Source: Hydrolagus colliei (taxonomy: Eukaryota). Taken from it: a stretch of 64,000 nucleotides of DNA. The stretch covers positions 1,054,001 to 1,118,000 of the forward strand of contig CM068756.1 in NCBI GenBank assembly GCA_035084275.1. The letters are read 5' to 3'. Below are positions 13,100 through 26,600 of the stretch, piece after piece. The stretch's first letter is position 1; every line of letters starts with the position of its first letter. Below the pieces are notes generated by a model. That model had not been told where the DNA came from and searched no databases. It saw only the letters and a program-made list of their open reading frames with translations. The position numbers and the translations under genes were made by a program.

Positions 13100-13800
13100 T
13101 GAAAGGAACTGCTTCCAGTAGGATTGTAGATCAGTACATGGTACTCAAAACTTGTCAATCCAGGCCCGGGATTTACTGATCATTTTTAAACACAATTGCT
13201 TTGAAGGAAAAGCCACTTGGAGGTTTGTTAAGAAAAAGTAATTCCTTCCATCATACTTTGTCTCCAGCACCATCCTGTTTACAGAAAATGTTCTATGTCC
13301 AACACAATGTGAATTCCAATACTTTCTGTTCATTCCAGATATGGCATACTGTTGTATAATTGCAAATCTTTACAAAGGAAATACCGAATTACATGTAAAG
13401 CAGAACAATGATGTATATTCCATGATATGGTTCATGACACTTCATCCAGGATAGGCGCAAATTTATCCCAAGTTAAGATCCTGAATTGGCTCTGCATGAA
13501 TGTCTTGGTCTACAGAAAAAGCATTAGAACTGGCCATTTGTGAGGCTCTAAAGTCATTCTGACAATCTCAGAGTATGCTCAATGCAAGAATTGTGAGATT
13601 CTGGAAGATGATTATAGATCTGTATTCAGCCCCCTTGTGAGCAGGAGACATGATGATGGTGTTTGTGAGGGAAGGACAGTTAGGGAATAGAGAAGTCACA
13701 AATTGTATAATTTCACATGGACTTGAATCCAATCCATCCTTGATATTTGTAGCGTGCCTTTTCATGAATCCACACAACTGTGCAACATATAATCCAAGTT
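13100..13800 (-). mobile_element. Highly degenerate L1/Tx1-clade LINE ORF2 fragment
   Basis: Minus-strand remnants in the expected order: IIQFVTSLFPNCPS..., LTILALSIL (~PLLF.LA.EPL), FGISF (~YLGI), then a GG..L.NL-like segment. Weak, by-eye match. Confidence 0.4.
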
Positions 13801-15469
13801 ATAGTGAATTGTTAGTCTGAATCATCATTATTCCTTCTTCCCATGTAATTTCCTATTGGTAAATCTGGGTGATGATATATACTTTATTTTTTTCTTTTGT
13901 GAATATGTGCATTTATTATTTAATTGTCTTTAAAACGGTTTAATTCTGCATTGCATCTTTAAAATCTTCCAAGTTAATTTATCACTGATTATATATTTAA
14001 AGAAATCTAAACCAAAATTGTTCTTTATTTTCCATTCAATAAAATCCTTTGCCTGATCCAGCAAGTTGTGTATGAACACACAATGTAGGTACAACCCCAT
14101 CCACAAAAAATAAAACATTATTTTACATTGTTAAATTCAGGAAATCATATTAAATTTTTCACTATTGACCAAATCAAGTTCAGTCACACATTTATGGTTT
14201 TCCATCTAAAGAGTAAAAATAACAGGAACAACTTGTCGGAAATGAAATTTCAATTCATTCAATCCTTTATACACTTCTCCAAGGAGGTAATCGATAGAGT
14301 TTAGACAGAGAAGTAGATTTTTAGCATTGGATCAATACCAAAATACTCCCAGACTCCTAAACGTGTTGTAGCAAATCCGAACAAATCAGTGGCCTTAGGC
14401 CAAAATAATTGACCGTGAACCTCTACATTCAAAGTCTCTACAATGTAAATAAAAACATTGTCTTTTTACAGATTCCCACTATCCATGACATGTTTGGAGT
14501 TACCTATCACCTGTACACATTACAATTTTATACCATTATTGATTAAAGATGCAAGCTTTCCTCCTGTGATCTTGATAGAATTGCAACTATTCAATAAACA
14601 CAAATTTCTATGTAGGAGAACAGCCACAGAAGCCTTAGCAGATCTGTTACAGGCACACAAACATTATACCACCAAAACATCTAAGGATGTCTCTGTAAAG
14701 TGTAATGACTGTGTATTTGCATGTGAATTCGCAGTCAATTTGCACATAGAAATTTTCTACAAACAATCATGAATTGAATAATGTTGTAGGCTTTTTAGAT
14801 ACCATTTGGAAAGGTAGCTCTTCATAAAATATGTTTAAATAATGAACACATAGCTTTTATCGCAGTTTTAACAGCCAAACAATGCACCAGGGTAATTAAT
14901 CTTATTAGTGGATACCCATTACTTTTCAAGATTTAGTTTTTAAGTTCGGCTATTTCTTTATTACATTCATGTCATTTCCTTAATAGAAATTATCAAAAGG
15001 TAATGCAATATAAAGATACGGTTATGAATCTTTAATGTGGCGTCTGTTGTTCTTGAATAAATGAGCTTCGCTTGTGCAGATGTAAATCAATCTGTTAAAC
15101 AGTAAATTAGTTTGGTTGTACTGTATGCTGAACTGAAATTATTTCTCCAAAATCTATGCAAGATGAATAAACATTGAGAGCAGTAGAGTAATGGAGTGGT
15201 CTAAAATGTGTTGATATTGATCTCTAGAACCGTAAGGCTGATGGTGAAGAATAGGATAAAGCACTAATTGGACCTTAAATGCAACAAAAATCAGCAAAAT
15301 TTTATTGAACTTAAAGCACTTTAGTTTAATTAATTGTTCATTATGAGAATATTTAGGTCATCAATTACGATTGTGCAAAGGATATTAAAACGCCCTGTTT
15401 TCAGGACCCAAAACATTCTTCTACAACCTGCATGTTTTATTAGTGTCATTGGGTGACTTTTTACCACAG

Positions 15470-15521
15470 ACAGCTTTGACGTGAAAGGCGCTATAACAAA
15501 TGTAATTTGTTGTTGTTGTTT
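15470..15521 (+). mobile_element. L2-type LINE 3' tail remnant
   Basis: gacgtgaaaggcgctataacaaatgtaatttgttgttgttgtt. Confidence 0.8.
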
Positions 15522-17792
15522 CGGTAAAATATACATCCTGAAAAATATAATTCAGTTTTCCATTAACACCAAAAGTGCAAGATGTAAGAAAAAAAAGTCG
15601 CTAGCCTTAGGCAGGATGACATTATTACGTGCATTGGTATTCTTATGGAGGACTAATCCTGGTTTACGAACTGTAGCATTGATGCACTTTTGTAATGGAA
15701 TTTGCGCTCTTGTCTTGAATAGAAGACACCGCTGATGGGAATACCTTCAGAACCTAAAGAGTCACCAAACTGTAAATAGAATCACCACAAAAACACAGAT
15801 ACTCCAAGGGGAAAAAAATCTCAACATTTATGAGCCTTCCATTATGCACTGATAATGTAATGTAAAAGACAGGAACTTTTATTAGTCAGTTGATGTTTTA
15901 ATAATCCAGTGGTGTTCTCGAGTTTTTGGGAAGGATGCAATATTCCCTAGTTTGCGAGCAGACATTTGGAGTGCTCTCATGCTTCAAAATATCATGCAAT
16001 CAAATGGATGTGCTGTGCTGGATACCATTTTTAGCTCTCAGCTACTTTTCCGCTATTTACTAACAGCATTTTCTTTCAGAAGTATACTATTCTCCAATGT
16101 TCTCCAAAAGTTCTTTTCAGCTTTTCATAGAATGAAAATTTAGCAAGTCACTTGAAGTGGGGCTCTTTATGTCCAGCTACCAAATTACCAAAATGTCAAA
16201 GAACCTATATAATGGTTAGAACAAAATTTTATTTTACATGACCTTATCTACTATGTTACAGGCTAATAATGCTACATCAAAGGCAAGGATTTTTTTTAAA
16301 ATTATACTTTGGCGATGTGATAATATTTCTATTCAAATAGTATGATAATAGTGAATATTGGGGTCAATTTTATAATCCCATGTGGTATTTGAATTTGGCA
16401 GTATTTTGTTATTGAATTGTTTAAAACATTGTAATTTCAGTTGATTGGTAATTAAAAATCCCCATGGAGAAAACCACAAAATTGGCCTCGGTATTGGTTA
16501 GCAACGCAGTTGTTGATGATGAATGGTTGCATGTTAAGACAAATGGTTCTGCCTGATCACACTGCCAGTAAGTCTGTCTTATCTTCAGAATTTGAAATGT
16601 AAATAAAGCAGGGAAGTGCCAATTCCTTACGTTTGTCATTTCTAACTATTTTAATCTGATGAATTCAAAAAAAAATTTAGCTCGACCTTTTGATCCTTAC
16701 TTTTCAGCAGTGGTGGCCAATCTATTTGGTTGGCCAATCAAACACATTTTTCTTTATTGCATTTCTCTTAATTTATGGGTATCGCAGCTCGGTGGCTACT
16801 GGAAACAAGGTATTGATTTGAATTACCTGGACTGTCATGGCTGTTTGGTGGGTCACTGCTTCTCGCACCAGGGTAAATTTATTTAGTTAGTCGCCCCCCC
16901 AAAATTGCCCATCACTGTTCTTAAGTCTCAAAGTAGAATTGTATCAACTCAAAAATAAGAAATAAATGTACGTGCAACTTTTTGACTCTTTTCAAGTTCG
17001 TCTGTCTACTTGTACATTTACCAGATCCAAAGCTAACTTGGAATGGCCTACAGCTTTATAAAACATTCATGACTTACATACATAATCTACATGCAAGGTG
17101 ACTGATGCAAAATGATTACAAGAAAAGCGAACAGATCATTGCTTTAGGCTGGAAGTTCAAAAGCAATACATAAGAGAATAACAGACTGAAATTTGTATTC
17201 CAAGTCAAACGCAAACAGTAAGCAAATGTTAATTAAAATCTCAAGTTTTCTGTTCAGTATTAAACTCCAATTATAATTCAAGGCTTTGACCGTGAAGCCA
17301 CACAAAATAATGAAGATGAAACAGAGTATTTTTTACTCTTTGAACTTTTTCTCGTATAACCACTGAACATTCTCATTTACATCCCTCTTTGTGTCAGGGT
17401 TTCATTTACCCAATTCCCTGGTCATAACAAAAAAAACTACGCAATTAACAGCTGTGTAGCCTTCGAACAAGCACCAGACATTTTGGGGGGAAACTGTCAA
17501 TGCAGAGCATTGCCTTTGGCTACAGCATTTTATTTCACAAAACACAAAGTCAGGAATTGACTCGTCGCCTACAAGAAACATTTTTGTAAGGCATTTTTCT
17601 GGTTTGTTCTGTTTGTTTCCCCCCCACCACCCCCACCCGCCCACATGCCTCCAGGTGAAAAACACAACTCAAGGTGAAAAGCACTTCATATAAGCAGCGG
17701 CCCTCTTGGACCTAAAACAATTGTCCTTTCTTGATCTACTCGTCTAGAGAGGGAGTCCTGGTGGAATATTCGATCATGGGAAGTCCTGTTAC

Positions 17793-18082
17793 TCACTCGC
17801 CTTGCAAGCAAGAAACCTGGGTTAGATTCCCGGCAGGGCAAAATCTTGCGCAAGTTTCCTTACTCCACAAGCCTGATAATAATCCCTCAAGAAAAAAAGC
17901 AATAATAAATTGGCCACTTCAATGAACGACTGCTTTGTGGGAACACTGGTGTTTGCAACTGGCTGCCGCATTCCGCCCACAAATATACAGTAAATTTACT
18001 TTGCACTATATGCTGTGAAGCGCTTTGAGACATCTAGAAGACGTGAAAAGCGCTTTATCAAATGCAAGGATTATTATTTATT
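17793..18082 (+). mobile_element. tRNA/Deu-domain SINE, slightly 5'-truncated
   Basis: B-box-like gggttagattccc, caagtttccttactcc, Deu core actggctgccgc, tail tgtgaagcgctttgagac...aatgcaaggattatt. Confidence 0.9.
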
Positions 18083-18384
18083 ATACGTCTATAACAGTCA
18101 ATCCTGTTCTTTATCAGCATCCATACATGTACACATTGAACAGAAGGTGACTGGATAGCAAGTTCAAAAGTAGAAGCTTACAGGTCTGTATGGGACAGCA
18201 CCTCTTCACTCAATGATTTCACCCACCAAACTATGAGGGTTAACTTTACTTAGTGAACTATCAGAGTCCCTTTTGTAAGATCACAACATTGGTCTGAGTG
18301 AAGTAGGCGCTTTGTCCTGTCCGGTCTCAACTCTCTAGAACACACTGTCCCCCTCCACCTCCACCTCCATTATTGAACTAAGCG

Positions 18385-18684
18385 GCTTTTTTTAAATTAG
18401 TATCATGTGCTGGCCTCTACCACAATTCTCCAGGCAATCCCTTCCGATGGACTGATTACCCTCTGCGAAAAGAAAAAGCTCCCGCTATCTCTCCTAAAGT
18501 TGTCCGTACAACTTTAAACCCATGCCTTCTCTTTCTACTGTCATGTTACATCCTAATAATAATAGCAATCCTTGCATTTGATATAGCGCGTCATCACATC
18601 CTGAGATGTCTCAAAATGATTCACAGAATATAGTATGAAGTGAATTGACTATATATCTTAAAGTAATGATCTGGATTTACCTTG
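18385..18684 (-). mobile_element. CR1-type LINE ORF2 C-terminal fragment interrupted by a SINE
   Basis: Minus strand reads KVNPDHYFK [SINE] DSRKRRHGFKV...FFFSQRVI...VVEAST, typical of the CR1 ORF2 end. Confidence 0.7.
18554..18657 (-). mobile_element. SINE 3' part nested in CR1
   Basis: aataatagcaatccttgcatttgatatagcg...cacagaatatagtatgaagtgaattgac is the reverse complement of the SINE tail. Confidence 0.85.
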
Positions 18685-19137
18685 AACTACCTAACATCGA
18701 GTGTCACAGTAGCGCTGGCTGATAATGAATCAAAAGCTTAATCTTTCACCCAAGTGTTTGGTGGAGTGAAACCATCAAAGAGGAACATTTAAACATTTTG
18801 CTTTTTCTTAAAATAAAGGCATTTCACCCTTGCTACATTATGAATAGGGAAGGCAATTCAGCTCCTGTCTTGGTCGAAACATTTTCATTCTCGTTCTCAT
18901 TATGTTTAGCTCTTTCCTGATTGGGATTTAAGTTCAGTTTTCTTCACAAGTAACACTTTCATGAATTATACATAAGTAAAACAATACCTGGGTAAGGAAA
19001 TGGTATGTACAAGTACACAGACAAGAAAATTGCAGCACCTGATGCTCAAAGCAGCCTTTGAGTATTAGGACTAAGATTTCTAGTTTGATAGTCTGTTTTA
19101 TTGACTAAAACAAATAAAATGCAAGTTCAATTCCTGA

Positions 19138-19196
19138 AACAACAACAAATTGCATTGATACAGTGGCTTTCATGTCTGGCGACGTCCCCGGGTACT
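19138..19196 (-). mobile_element. L2-type LINE 3' tail remnant
   Basis: aacaacaacaaattgcattgatacagtggctttcatgtctggcgacgtcccc. Confidence 0.7.
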
Positions 19197-20607
19197 GAAT
19201 GAAGCAAAGAACACAGTCACTCTAAAGATATCAGTTGAGTTCATATTAATTTGTGCAAATTGTGGATTTCACTTTACTCATTTGGCCAAATAAAAGTAAA
19301 TGACTGGCCATGATTCACAATCTTGTCAACTGAAGCCTGATTTGGGCTATATGCAGCTGGATCTTCTCCAAATGCTGAGTCAATAAAATGAAAAAGGTTA
19401 CTGAGGAAACATGATTTTTAAACACTTTTCTAACCCAGACAAGAAGCATCCACATTGGTAACAAATTTTGATTCCATTTATTCTAAAATGCTTTAAATCT
19501 CTCAAAACCGGGCTGTATCCAATTCAGAAACATTTTTCAAAAAAATTAATACTGAAGTATTGAAGCAAATCTAGGGTAAAACATACTTCAAAGAAATGGC
19601 TGTTGCTATGGCGATTCATGAGAAAAACAGACTGCTATAGTCACATGTCCTAGAACACAACGTATTATTAAAAACCCACAAAACACTGCCCGTTAACCTA
19701 AATAGCTGGAAGATATTATTGTCTCTCAAATGTAGTTGTAATATAATATTCTGTGGGTATGGTAAATTATGGGCTGACAAAGAAACTCATGCGCATAACA
19801 TTTATATATTGTTATACAGTATATATATGTAAATATAACAAACATTGTAAATATATACAGTACACGTAATTCATAAATTATTCATTCAACAAGTGACTGA
19901 AATCTTCTATCACAAATTATCAAGGATTTATAGCTGGTGCTTTAGTATCCTAAAGTACAATATATGCCTTCTAAATAATGTGTTTATTCTTCATTCTTGA
20001 TGAAAATGCACAAGTAATTTGTGAATACTAAATATGTTCAATGTGTATTTTTTCTAATCAACATTCTAAATTAAAGCTGAACTGATCTTTGAACTGTGCA
20101 AGATTAATTTCCATCATTTTAATAGAACAACTTAGTACCAAAGAAAATGTGATTAGATGTTTTGACAATTAAGTGTCCAACAAACACACACAAAAGCCAA
20201 GAAGGTTATTTTAAATAGGTTCCAAGCGGTTACGGATAGTTCAAGAGAAGAATGTTGCAACAACAGCTATACATTTAGCATATGTGGCAGGAGCTTTACC
20301 TTTTTATTTATAACATATTCTCACTTGTGCTGAAGGCATTTAGCATCCATGGGTATCCAGTAATAAGACATGGTAACTTACTGTATCCCCTTATGGAATA
20401 CTATTGAGCTTTCAATCCCATTCTAATCGTACTCTTTCTATGACAGTGGTTATTTTTTTTCCCCAATTACACATTTCTTTATAAATATATTTGCTTCAAC
20501 AAAAATCTAAAACAAATCAAAAGTACAATATCTTCTTTTCCTTTTTCCCCCCAATAAAAAACCTTCCGTCGTTTACAGGACAGTTCTTCACCGCGCACAA
20601 ATTACGC

Positions 20608-20796
20608 CGCTCCCTCCCTCAATCCCTCCGCCTCACCCACTCCTTTCCCATTTTCCGGTCACTCCTGAAGACCTCACTGTTCAACCGCTCCTACGGTCAC
20701 CTTCCCCCTCCCCACGGCTCGGGCTCCGTGATTGTGAAGCGCTCTGAGACGCCGCCTGGCGTGGAGGGCACTATATAAATCCAAGTTGTTGTCGTT
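20608..20796 (+). mobile_element. L2 LINE 3' end (ORF2 C-terminus + UTR + tail)
   Basis: SLPQSLRLTHSFPIFRSLLKTSLFNRSY ~ L2 WNSLP..LR...S...FK..LKT.LF; tail gtgaagcgctctgagacg...tataaatccaagttgttg. Confidence 0.85.
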
Positions 20797-21219
20797 ATGC
20801 TTTTTTTTCTTTGACAGCGGTCGGTGTGGAAAGGTAAAGTGTTAATTTCACTATTGCCTTTAAGATAAAAGCTCTAGATTGGTCAAATGATGTACATTCT
20901 GGGTCTGCACATTAGATTTTTTGCTGCATTGCATTCTTATTTCACCAAAGTGAAAAAATAGAGGAGAATGGATATCTGTAAGTGAATTACAAGGCAGTAA
21001 TGCAATGAAAGGCTTCTGATGACGTCAATCTGGCAGATTGGATTATAGTCCTAAATTTACTTAAGGGTTTCCATGATCATTTTTTAATACATACCATATA
21101 GCAAATTTCCATCTCAACTTTTTTCTCCTACAATTGTAGAGGTCAATTTCTATCGTTGGAATTTGATAGTCCTACAGGATTTGGGATAAAGGATATTTAC
21201 ACCTTGATGGTATGGGAAT

Positions 21220-21360
21220 GGGGGATTGGAATCAAGAGGGTTGGAGGGTAGGGGGGAGCGTGGCTGAAGGCATGGTCAAAGAGTAACGTCTTGAGATGCG
21301 CCTTGAAGGCAGCTAGAGGGTGGGTTAGGCAGAAGGATTTGAGATGGACTTGCAGAGGAT
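21220..21360 (-). mobile_element. L2 LINE ORF2 C-terminal fragment
   Basis: ORF 21197..21490(-) contains KSFCLTHPLAAFKAHLKTLLFDHAF. Confidence 0.75.
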
Positions 21361-22675
21361 GGGGGCAGAAAAGCAGAAGGGACCCACTCACCAATGGTGG
21401 AGACGTCTTGAAGACGTGATAGCCACAGAGAAGAATGCTGGGTAACATAATGAATATAAATGCAACTGATGAATTGAACTCAGCAGCCATTCAAAAGACA
21501 TCTTGATAAAGAGAAGACAGATTGTCAGGAGGTCAGATTTCAGACTATGAAGCTCTTGTATGTGCTATGCACAGTATACAGTAGGGTTCCTTTAGAGATA
21601 TTCATACACAAGTTAAGTTACTTCGCTGCCAAAGATAATAATAGATTTGCAATTTGCAATTGTCTGATACAGTTGTGGTGGCGCCACAAGTTAATTTAAT
21701 GAGATGAAGTGCCAAGAAACTAAAAATTAAGCATTTCAATTCACCAGTAATTATTAGCTTAACAAAGCCAGGGTGTCCCAGCACGGCTACCCTGGGGATA
21801 CTGTTTGTTTCACTAGTCATTTCCAGCATTACCGCAGCTATTTTTCCAACAGGTGTTCAAGTTTTGGCACACATTAGCTGCACTAATGTATATCATGTTA
21901 ACATTTATAAATAGATCAAGTTACAAAGTTCAACTTGGGGGGGGGGGGGGGGATTAGTGGCATGGTTTTGATAAACATTGCATTCATCTAACTCATTCTG
22001 CTTGGTGATGACACATTTGAACTAGTTGAGACTGGTCGAGGCTTTATTTGCTTTTTGCCTCCCCTACACTGTCTGAAGAATCCACAGAATTATTTTGGTA
22101 ACTAAAGTGAGGGTAAATTTGCTCGGATGGCCATTTTAAGCTGCGTAGGTGGCTCCATTAAATATTCTAGCCATTCTCTTGTCCCATTTCTATTATGCCT
22201 ATTTCAATCTGCTATTAATTGTGTAATCTTTTTAAAGATTGTATACAAATACAGAAAGAAGTGAGAATGAGCCAGATTATCATCAAACCCGTCGCCACCT
22301 CCAGTGGTTTATATACTGCAGACAGTACAACAGACAGTACAATGAGAATGGCTATTTCAGTTGCACTGTTACTGGTTAAGGTTTATACTGAGCCAACTTT
22401 GCGCTATTTCATAAAACAATGCGCAAGGAAAAGCTTTTCTGAAAAATTGGGATGCCAAATGAAACCGCTGATTATCAGACATTGTGTTTCCCACTAAATA
22501 AAAATATATAATAATAATCTACAGCATTTTCAATAATTGGGCCATTTTACCGAAATCTCTGACTTTAAAAAAAATGTTAACATACAGAACTCGAATTTCA
22601 GATTTTGATTAACTGATGTAGATACTGAATAGCCTCCTAAGCCATACATCTTATGTGTGTCAAGAGATGTTACAC

Positions 22676-22830
22676 AATCCACGACCGTTTGTGGGACTGC
22701 TGTGTGAAATTGGTTGCTGCGTTTCGCCCACAAATATACATTTAATTCACTTTACAGTATATTCTGTGAACCGCCTTGAGACGTCAATCAGATGTGAAAA
22801 GCGTTATATCAAATGCAAGGATTATTATTA
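22676..22830 (+). mobile_element. 3' half of tRNA/Deu-domain SINE
   Basis: tttgtgggactgctgtgtgaaattggttgctgcgtttcgcccacaaat...aaatgcaaggattattatta. Confidence 0.88.
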
Positions 22831-24020
22831 TAACAAATTTTAAAAAGTTTCAAAAAAGTTGCTGTATAAAATTAATTTCAAACGAATGCTATGCTTTTCT
22901 GCTATATTTCCTTTCCTTGCCATATACTTCATTTTCTCTTGACATCAGCATCTATGGTGCTTCAATCTTATCTGCCACAATATTTATGAATGGAGAGATT
23001 CACTGAACCTTTTAAAGCAAATATATAAAAAGCATAATTGTCCATAAAGTTCATAAGGTATCTTTTAAAAATTGCCTGTGCTGTCCTTTGCACACACATT
23101 TGGGCAATGAACACTGTCAAACAGGTAGCTGCCAAATTTGACTCAGAGACCATTCCTCAATATCTGTGTTGTGTACAGCTGCCAAAATACTCTTGTATAT
23201 TCCTAAGACCACTATAGACTCGTCTACACGGTCTTTTAATCAATCCCCTAGGTCAAAATACCATTTCCTTGGTTACCTAATACTGAAGTAAATCACACAA
23301 CCAATATTAAAACTTTCCACATCAAAAAATGGGTACACTTTGTGGTCTTAGTTGCTTTATTTTGGAATAAAAACTAATGAAAATGCAAGATGTATGGTTT
23401 GCAAAGTATGACAAACATCTGCCATCAGACCTTGCCAACCCATCACATAAATTGGTCTGCAGCCAATCAAAACTTTACCTTAGCTGCAAACAGTGCAAAG
23501 CCATAGTTTTGCAACCCAAAAAGACAGATTCTCATAAACACTACGTAAAATGGAAAATTTGTTTTCCTGATTTAAAAATTTGAAATGAACCAAATATTAT
23601 ATTATTTTTTGCTCCACTCTCAATAATTTCACCGTTTATTTTTATTGAAAAAATTATATCAATGTAGCATTTCACCTGTACAACTCTTGAGTGTAAAACA
23701 GTTTGACCTTCAATGTTGATTTAATCCCTTCAGTCGAAATCAACAAGCAAATAACCAGTATCTCATCAGCATTTAACATCAGCACAAAATGTACGGGTAT
23801 GGTTTATAAAGTTTGTTATTTTGGTTCTTGTATTGAATAACAGTTTTACCAATATTGAGTTATTGGTGAAAGAATTCTGTTTTACACCAGCTAATAATTA
23901 TTTAACTTTGCAACAATCTGTAAAACTTTTTAAAATTAAGTTTTTTGATACACTTACCAAACCCTTTATGGATAACAACATTTGGCTGGCATGGCTTTAG
24001 AAGTGGACTTAAACGCACTC

Positions 24021-24147
24021 CTCTTGCAGACTTCATTCTGACATTGATATTAACATCATATGGAACAGACAGACCTCCACCGAAACAATAAGAGCAACTC
24101 ACACTTAAGTTGCTTACACTAATTAAACACTTGTGTTAGACTAGCTT
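24021..24147 (+). repeat. Diverged direct repeat, copy 1 (copy 2 at 25039-25159)
   Basis: ctcttgca..ttcat.ctgacattgat..taacatcat...gacctc.acc.aaacaa...ctaattaaac.ctt.tgttag.ctagctt is shared between the copies. Confidence 0.8.
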
Positions 24148-25038
24148 GTAGAGTTTTCACTTCTGCACATTAAGATGCAATAAAATATTTGAAATGTTTT
24201 AACATTATGGACAACACAGTGATATATTCAAAGATCAGGAAACAGAGTGAGAAATTGAACCTGTGTCCCATCACTCCAAAGTACGTAAGCTCTCTACTGA
24301 ACCCGAGCATCATTACGCCATAGAAAATGACAATAAATTGTTGATACAAAAAAACATGAAACAAACTTTCATTAAATTATTCCTGGGAGTCAGGAATAAC
24401 TCCTTAAGGATTACTCAATTGGGTGTCCTTTATTTTCATGTGTTTTCCTCTGGTTCTTGTTGACATAGCAAGTAGGTCATTTCTATTTCTATTAATTTTG
24501 AACTTGTGTACCATTGTTTGTAATAATTGCTATAGCTGATTAAACAACTAAGTTAACTGCAACCTTTACGTTTGACATTTCAGTGTATTTTCTATTATGC
24601 AGTTGCAGACATATGGATTGTTTTAGTTAATAGATTACAGAATTCTGATTGGAGTGCCTTACTTAACCTAGTGTTGTTTTTTTTTATATATGCATTGTTG
24701 ATTCTTTGGTTCAGAAAATTCTGACTATTTGAACTCAATGATGTTTGGCATAGAATGAATTATAATCCTTTTGTTGTTGTCCATTCACATTATCCATTAT
24801 TTTTAATACTTTTCCTGGCCTCAATTAAGGATTTGTTATATTCTTCTACAGGAAACATAAGTAGCGTAATTTGAAGTATTTTCTAAGCTCTTGCGTTTGA
24901 TATGGTGCAGATTATATTGAAACATTTCACAAACTGTATTTGTAGGGGAATATGACACCCAATTTAGGCATAACAATGTCCTACAAATAGTCATGATCAA
25001 TTTTATCTTGGGATTTGTTGGCTGGTAAAAATGCCCTT

Positions 25039-25159
25039 CTCTTGCACATTTCATCCTGACATTGATTGTAACATCATCGAAAACAAACTGACCTCAACCA
25101 AAACAAACTTTAATTAAAGCTGTGCTTAGACTAATTAAACGCTTTTGTTAGGCTAGCTT
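25039..25159 (+). repeat. Diverged direct repeat, copy 2
   Basis: Colinear similarity to 24021-24147. Confidence 0.8.
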
Positions 25160-25689
25160 AATCCTGGAATTCCCAAAACAATTATGATTTTTCATTTGTC
25201 AAACCTTCTATTGTAATTACCCTAAAATATAGTAAAAACACTGGGGAAAATCTTAGGCCATTGACTCAAATTAATTAAGATTGTTTAATCACCCTTTACA
25301 GTTCACATTTTTAATTAAAATGAAGTGGATACAATACAATTTCATAGAATTGTAGCATTTATTTATTATTATAGTCAGGAATAAATAAAGAATATATATC
25401 TACAGATACTGCTATGGTGAGTTCATAAATAAATGGTATATTAACTCTCCTCATTCCCTTCCATCTCAGCACCAAAATGATTTCCGAAAAATGGATTGGC
25501 AAAGAAACTGTACTGGTAGAAAACAAATCAAAGAAACATCATTTTCCAGACTACATCACACTGCATGCTCCAAAAACATTAACCCATCAAGTACCATAGA
25601 CGTGTTCATTCATTTGCACTGCCAGCTTCCTATCTTCCTATCTTGCTAGGTTCCTATTACTGTTCCTATTATCATCTCTTACAGCATTA

Positions 25690-25756
25690 TAATAATAACG
25701 GCAACAACTTGCACTTACACAGCACCTTTCATGTCAGGAGGACATCCCAAGGAGCT
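25690..25756 (-). mobile_element. L2-type LINE 3' tail remnant
   Basis: caacaacttgcacttacacagcacctttcatgtcaggaggacatcccaaggagctg. Confidence 0.8.
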
Positions 25757-25809
25757 GGAGTAAGTTCCACAAAGGGATGCTGAATCACATGCTTCTGGGT
25801 GATCGTGAT

Positions 25810-26600
25810 TTAATTTGAGGCTAATGTGGGATTAGCTGCAAAGAACCTAAGTGGAAAGCCCAAAGACCATTTTCCCAAGACATAATGAAGAGCTTCCACT
25901 TTGCATGGTCAAATGCTTTCTTCACATCAGATGATAGGATCAAAAGCTGGTGTTTGTTTCGAGCTGTAAAAATTATTTCCATTTCCACACAGGAAATTCC
26001 ATATGTAGGTGGGATGCATGGAAGTCTCAGTTTGGTTTGGATACTCTTCAAGCATGGTGATTGGTTACCACATGTATTAAGGCATCCAGCTGACCACAAC
26101 AAAACACACATTGGATTGGTAAAGGTTTTTGATTTTTGCAAAAATAGTCATTTAACTTTTAAGTTAATATTCTGACAAAAACTTCCTAGATTTAAAAAGC
26201 CAAGTTTTTGATTTCTTAAGAGTGTTAGATTGGGTATGGTCTTTGTAAATTCACCTCTTTCAAAAAATTGTGTTACATTTCTTTTTTTTTTAAGAAGCTT
26301 GCCTACTTTAGCACAGGGTTCAGGATTTAGGAAGAGGGCAATTATTATTTTTTCTGTTTAACAATCAGCGTAGAGACCTCTTGAAGCATTATTTAAGGCT
26401 GTTTTTAAGTTTTAGATCTTATGATTTTATTCTTACTCCTCAATTGAATGATTTTACATTTAAATTGCTTTTGGGCTTTCAGACAGACCCTCTCATTTCT
26501 TAGAACGGATCTGTTAAATTATTTGACCCCCAGAACAACCTTGGCTTTTCTTCCAGAGCGGAATTTTGTGTTACATCAGGGGTTCTATTCATGCCCATGA
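25810..26600 (-). mobile_element. Degenerate L1/Tx1-clade LINE RT fragment
   Basis: ORF 25821..26141(-): LLILSSDVKKAFDHAKWKLF ~ LSLDAEKAFDRVEW.FL; upstream IIIALLPK ~ I.LIPK. Boundaries approximate. Confidence 0.7.

Noticed and set aside
13090-13240. P-element/THAP9 transposase-like peptide on + strand (STWYSKLVNPGPGFT)
   Set aside because: Short, flanked by stops, with no downstream motifs. The minus strand fits an L1/Tx1 fossil in colinear order better.
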